From Glaucostegus cemiculus (Eukaryota): a stretch of 64,000 bases of DNA. Position numbers and translations under genes: made by a program. The stretch is from positions 13,082,001 through 13,146,000 of the forward strand of contig CDPCPM010000052.1 of the NCBI GenBank assembly GCA_976551045.1. Reading direction: 5' to 3'. This document shows positions 61,047-64,000 of this stretch, piece after piece (position 1 is the first letter of the stretch; each line of letters opens with the position of its first letter). Below the pieces are notes generated by a model. The model searched no databases. It saw nothing but the letters and a program-made list of their open reading frames with translations, and had not been told where the DNA came from.

Positions 61047-63569
61047 GTAAGTGAGAACATTTGGGATTTGGGGAATCACGGTGGATTTTGTATATGTGAA
61101 TTGTAATAACATAATGAATCACGAGTGTATGATTTGCATGGTTGTGTTTTTCGTTCATTCTCCCCCTTCCTCTAACAGCGTTCTGGTTCCATGCAGCTCC
61201 TGTAACTTGACCAATCACCATTTTCCATATGTCATCCATCGGTGAATGCGACATATTCCACATCGATGGCCATCTTGTCCTCATCCACCCCCTTACATAC
61301 AATGGAGTCATTGCACTGTGATCAGTCAGGGGAGTGCAGGCATCCTGTAACCGCTGCTCCACCCCTTACCTTGTCAGGAATGGATAACTCAGTGTAGGCC
61401 TGGCTCACTGCCTGGCTTTTCCTGTCCTGTGTGATACTGATGCTGTCTGGCAGTGCACTCCAAACACATTGACAGCAAAATAGCAGGCCAAGCAGGGCCT
61501 CAAGGAAAGGGTTAACAAACCTGCTTTGAACTTGCACATGTTGTTTCTCCCTCAATAAATATGCAAGCTGGATGCTGGAGCTGATTCTTCAGTAATAAGA
61601 TTACTGAGTTTGCTTGCACAATGAGCAGGTTTTTGGCGTAATCATCCAGATAGTTTGTATATCTGTGCTGCGCAGTTCATTTTATGGCCACAGGGGGCAC
61701 CAGATGGTAAAGGGCTGCTGATCCGAGAGGTGATACAAGGCTGATGCACAGTGAGTGGGATGGGTGGCTGGTTGGTGTTGCATTGCCTTGGGCAGGCATT
61801 GTGGTACATTAAGGCATGGAGAACAGTAATAGAAGGTGTTTCAGAGTTGAGCGGGGTGGAGGAGATGTTTTTGAGCATCTTTGTACAGAGGTAGGGAAGG
61901 TTGGGTGGGCTGATCTGGGTTTAAAGGCTCGTTGAAGCTTTGCACCTGTTTTTGAGAACTGTGGAGCCTCTAGACTGTTACCATGAGAATTTATGGACTT
62001 CAACTGCACCCTTCCTTCCTGCAAGCTGTTCCCATATTTACCTATGGGAGGGCAGGAGTGGAACATCTCTTCTGTTCAGCATGTCCTGTCACAGCGCAAT
62101 GCTTGTGGACTATTATCCCTCATGTTTTCACCCAGGGTTAAGGAAAGAGCACTTTAGACTCGTAGCAGTTCCCTGCTATCAGTCTTGTGGCCTCCTCTGA
62201 AAACTTTCCGTTGTGATTCTGTCAGTCACCTTGTGAATGTAGTGTAAATGGACACTATTCTAGAATTAATTTAATAAAAGACTTCCACCAATGGGTTCAA
62301 AGGTGTCCTAGTTATAATACCAGCTAAATAATGTGAGTTCAAATCCCACCTGGACAATTTTTTAAAAAGTCAAAAATAAAAAGTTGATACAAGTTAGACG
62401 GTAGATTATCTTAAAAAAAATCCAACTGGTTCTTTATGCTCTTTGAGGAAAGAAATATGCATTCCTTGCCTATTCTTGGCTTGCGTGTGTCTCCAGTCCT
62501 GCACCAACATGCTTCAATCTGAACTGCTGCCTAAAGATTTACAGCAGCAGGATACAGTGTTGTATCAGATTGCAAAAATGCCACTTTTTCCAGGGTAACT
62601 GAAGGACAGGTGATAAATGTCAGCCTTGCCACCAGTGCCCACAACCTGAGAGTGAATGTAGAGCAAATTTTATAATTGTCTTGTGTTGAAAAGTCTTGGG
62701 AAACAATTTGTTGCTTGGTAGCCTCACGGCACTGATGAAGAAACATTTACTGTGGTACCTGGGCCTTTCAGCATATTCCACACATCTGTGCAACGTTACA
62801 GTGATAGCCTCTGTGTCATACACCTGTAACTTTACATTGGCCTGTGTATTTTTCACAGGCATGTAGTGTTACATTGGCTTGCATGTAACGTTACATAGGT
62901 TTGTGTTAGCTGATGGTTGTAAGACATGAGCCCACTTGCCATTGCATCTGGATCTGCTTGTAATCTGTTTTTCTCATCTAAGGTCCTTTATCTTTGTTTC
63001 AACCACAAACTTGCAGACAATTCCCCCGAAACGTTCATTGGTAGAGACGGTGAAGAACAGCAGCCCCAACACCGATCCCTGTGGGACTCCACTAGTAACC
63101 GGCCCCCATTACCAGGTATACATCGTTAACCGGGTTACCTACCTCCATCAAACTAGTAAATTCCTCCAAGGGAAATTTAATTAGTTTGCTAAGATTTAAC
63201 CTTTTCTTCTCCAGATGTCATTTTGGGAGTCTCAGCTTACCTTGAATAACCTCTTATCTGTTCATGATCAAATGAGGAATCGCAAATGATCCCTTTAGTA
63301 ACTGGCTGCTAATTCCCCAGTTCTGATTTTCTGCCCCCTCTGATTATTGATGCTCTGTTTAGCTTTCTCTAGTTCAGAGAACAATCCCACACCATAGCAA
63401 ACTATTGAAATACCTGATTCTTTAAGTGCTTTGGGATAAATGACACTTGTTCTCATAATGTACTCCCAGTTTAAATATGACAGCAGTACCAAACCATCAC
63501 AGATGTCATCCTTTGGTTACGACAATAAACTGAGGCTCGGTCTGCCAACACACTTGGACGTAAAAGATT

Positions 63570-63805
63570 CCATTACATTATTTCAAAGAAAGACCGGGAG
63601 TACCTGTCTGCCTCTTGGCCAATACTAAAACCTCAGATAACATTGAAAATCAAATTTTAGCAATTATCACATTGTCGTCTGTGGGATTTTGCTGTGTTCA
63701 AATTGGCTGCTTTGTTTCTTACGTGAAAGGTAAACAGTGGGTGTAAAGCACTTTGGGACATCCTGTGGCCATGAAAGACGCTGTGTATATAACAGTCTTT
63801 TATTT
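63570..63805 (+). mobile_element. Ancient Deu-type SINE remnant (AmnSINE/SacSINE-like); related pieces at ~12200-12520, 54780-55100, 58430-58870, 9770-9950 and 34930-35090
   Basis: 'tatcacattgtcgtctgtgggattttgctgtgttcaaattggctgc..gtaaagcactttgggacatcctgtgg..gaaagacgctgtgtatataac'. Confidence 0.55.
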
Positions 63806-64000
63806 TATTGAATTAGTTTACTGTATATCTTTTTGTTTTTAAAAAAGAAAATTAATTCCCGATGGCTTCATCATATCTGAAGCCAGAATTTTCCTGTAGT
63901 TGCTATTGCTGCTAAGTTGGTGAGTTAGAAGGAAGAGCAGGTCCCTGGATTTTACTCTGTCAACATGTTTCAGTCCAGGGGCAAAAGCCTTCATGGATCA

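Noticed and set aside
61047-64000. Remaining BET exons (post-ET coiled coil and SEED tail)
   Set aside because: No EKKKELEKRLQDV-like or poly-Ser coding exon found; they presumably lie beyond the window.

Overview
Eukaryotic, intron-rich vertebrate DNA. The repeat landscape (CR1/L2 LINEs, tRNA-derived SINEs, Penelope-like ends, pogo-type MITEs) suggests a cartilaginous fish; this is an inference. The window holds two divergently transcribed chromatin-regulator genes. On the minus strand is WDR5: a non-coding first exon in a CpG island near 28.2 kb and 12 coding exons from ATG 22014 down to 361, with the last exon outside the window. On the plus strand is a BET-family gene most similar to BRD3 but carrying several BRD2-type residues: a promoter CpG island at about 35.2-36.3 kb and 9 coding exons from 45351 to 61046 encoding BD1, BD2, the coiled-coil/basic region and the ET domain, with the C-terminal exons outside the window. 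All coding exon boundaries were read from the sequence and are phase-consistent. The most notable observations are the BRD2/BRD3 mosaic identity beside a slightly divergent WDR5 (a possible retained ohnolog pair), a strong-Kozak uORF encoding the BRD2-type motif GFESP whose stop overlaps an in-frame ATG (TGATG), a GC-AG intron in WDR5, a (TG)33 tract next to a cryptic PTC-generating acceptor, and a three-layer retrotransposon nest with intact TSDs. I found no prokaryotic-type system, CRISPR array or RNA gene, and I cannot claim a wholly new biological system from the sequence alone.
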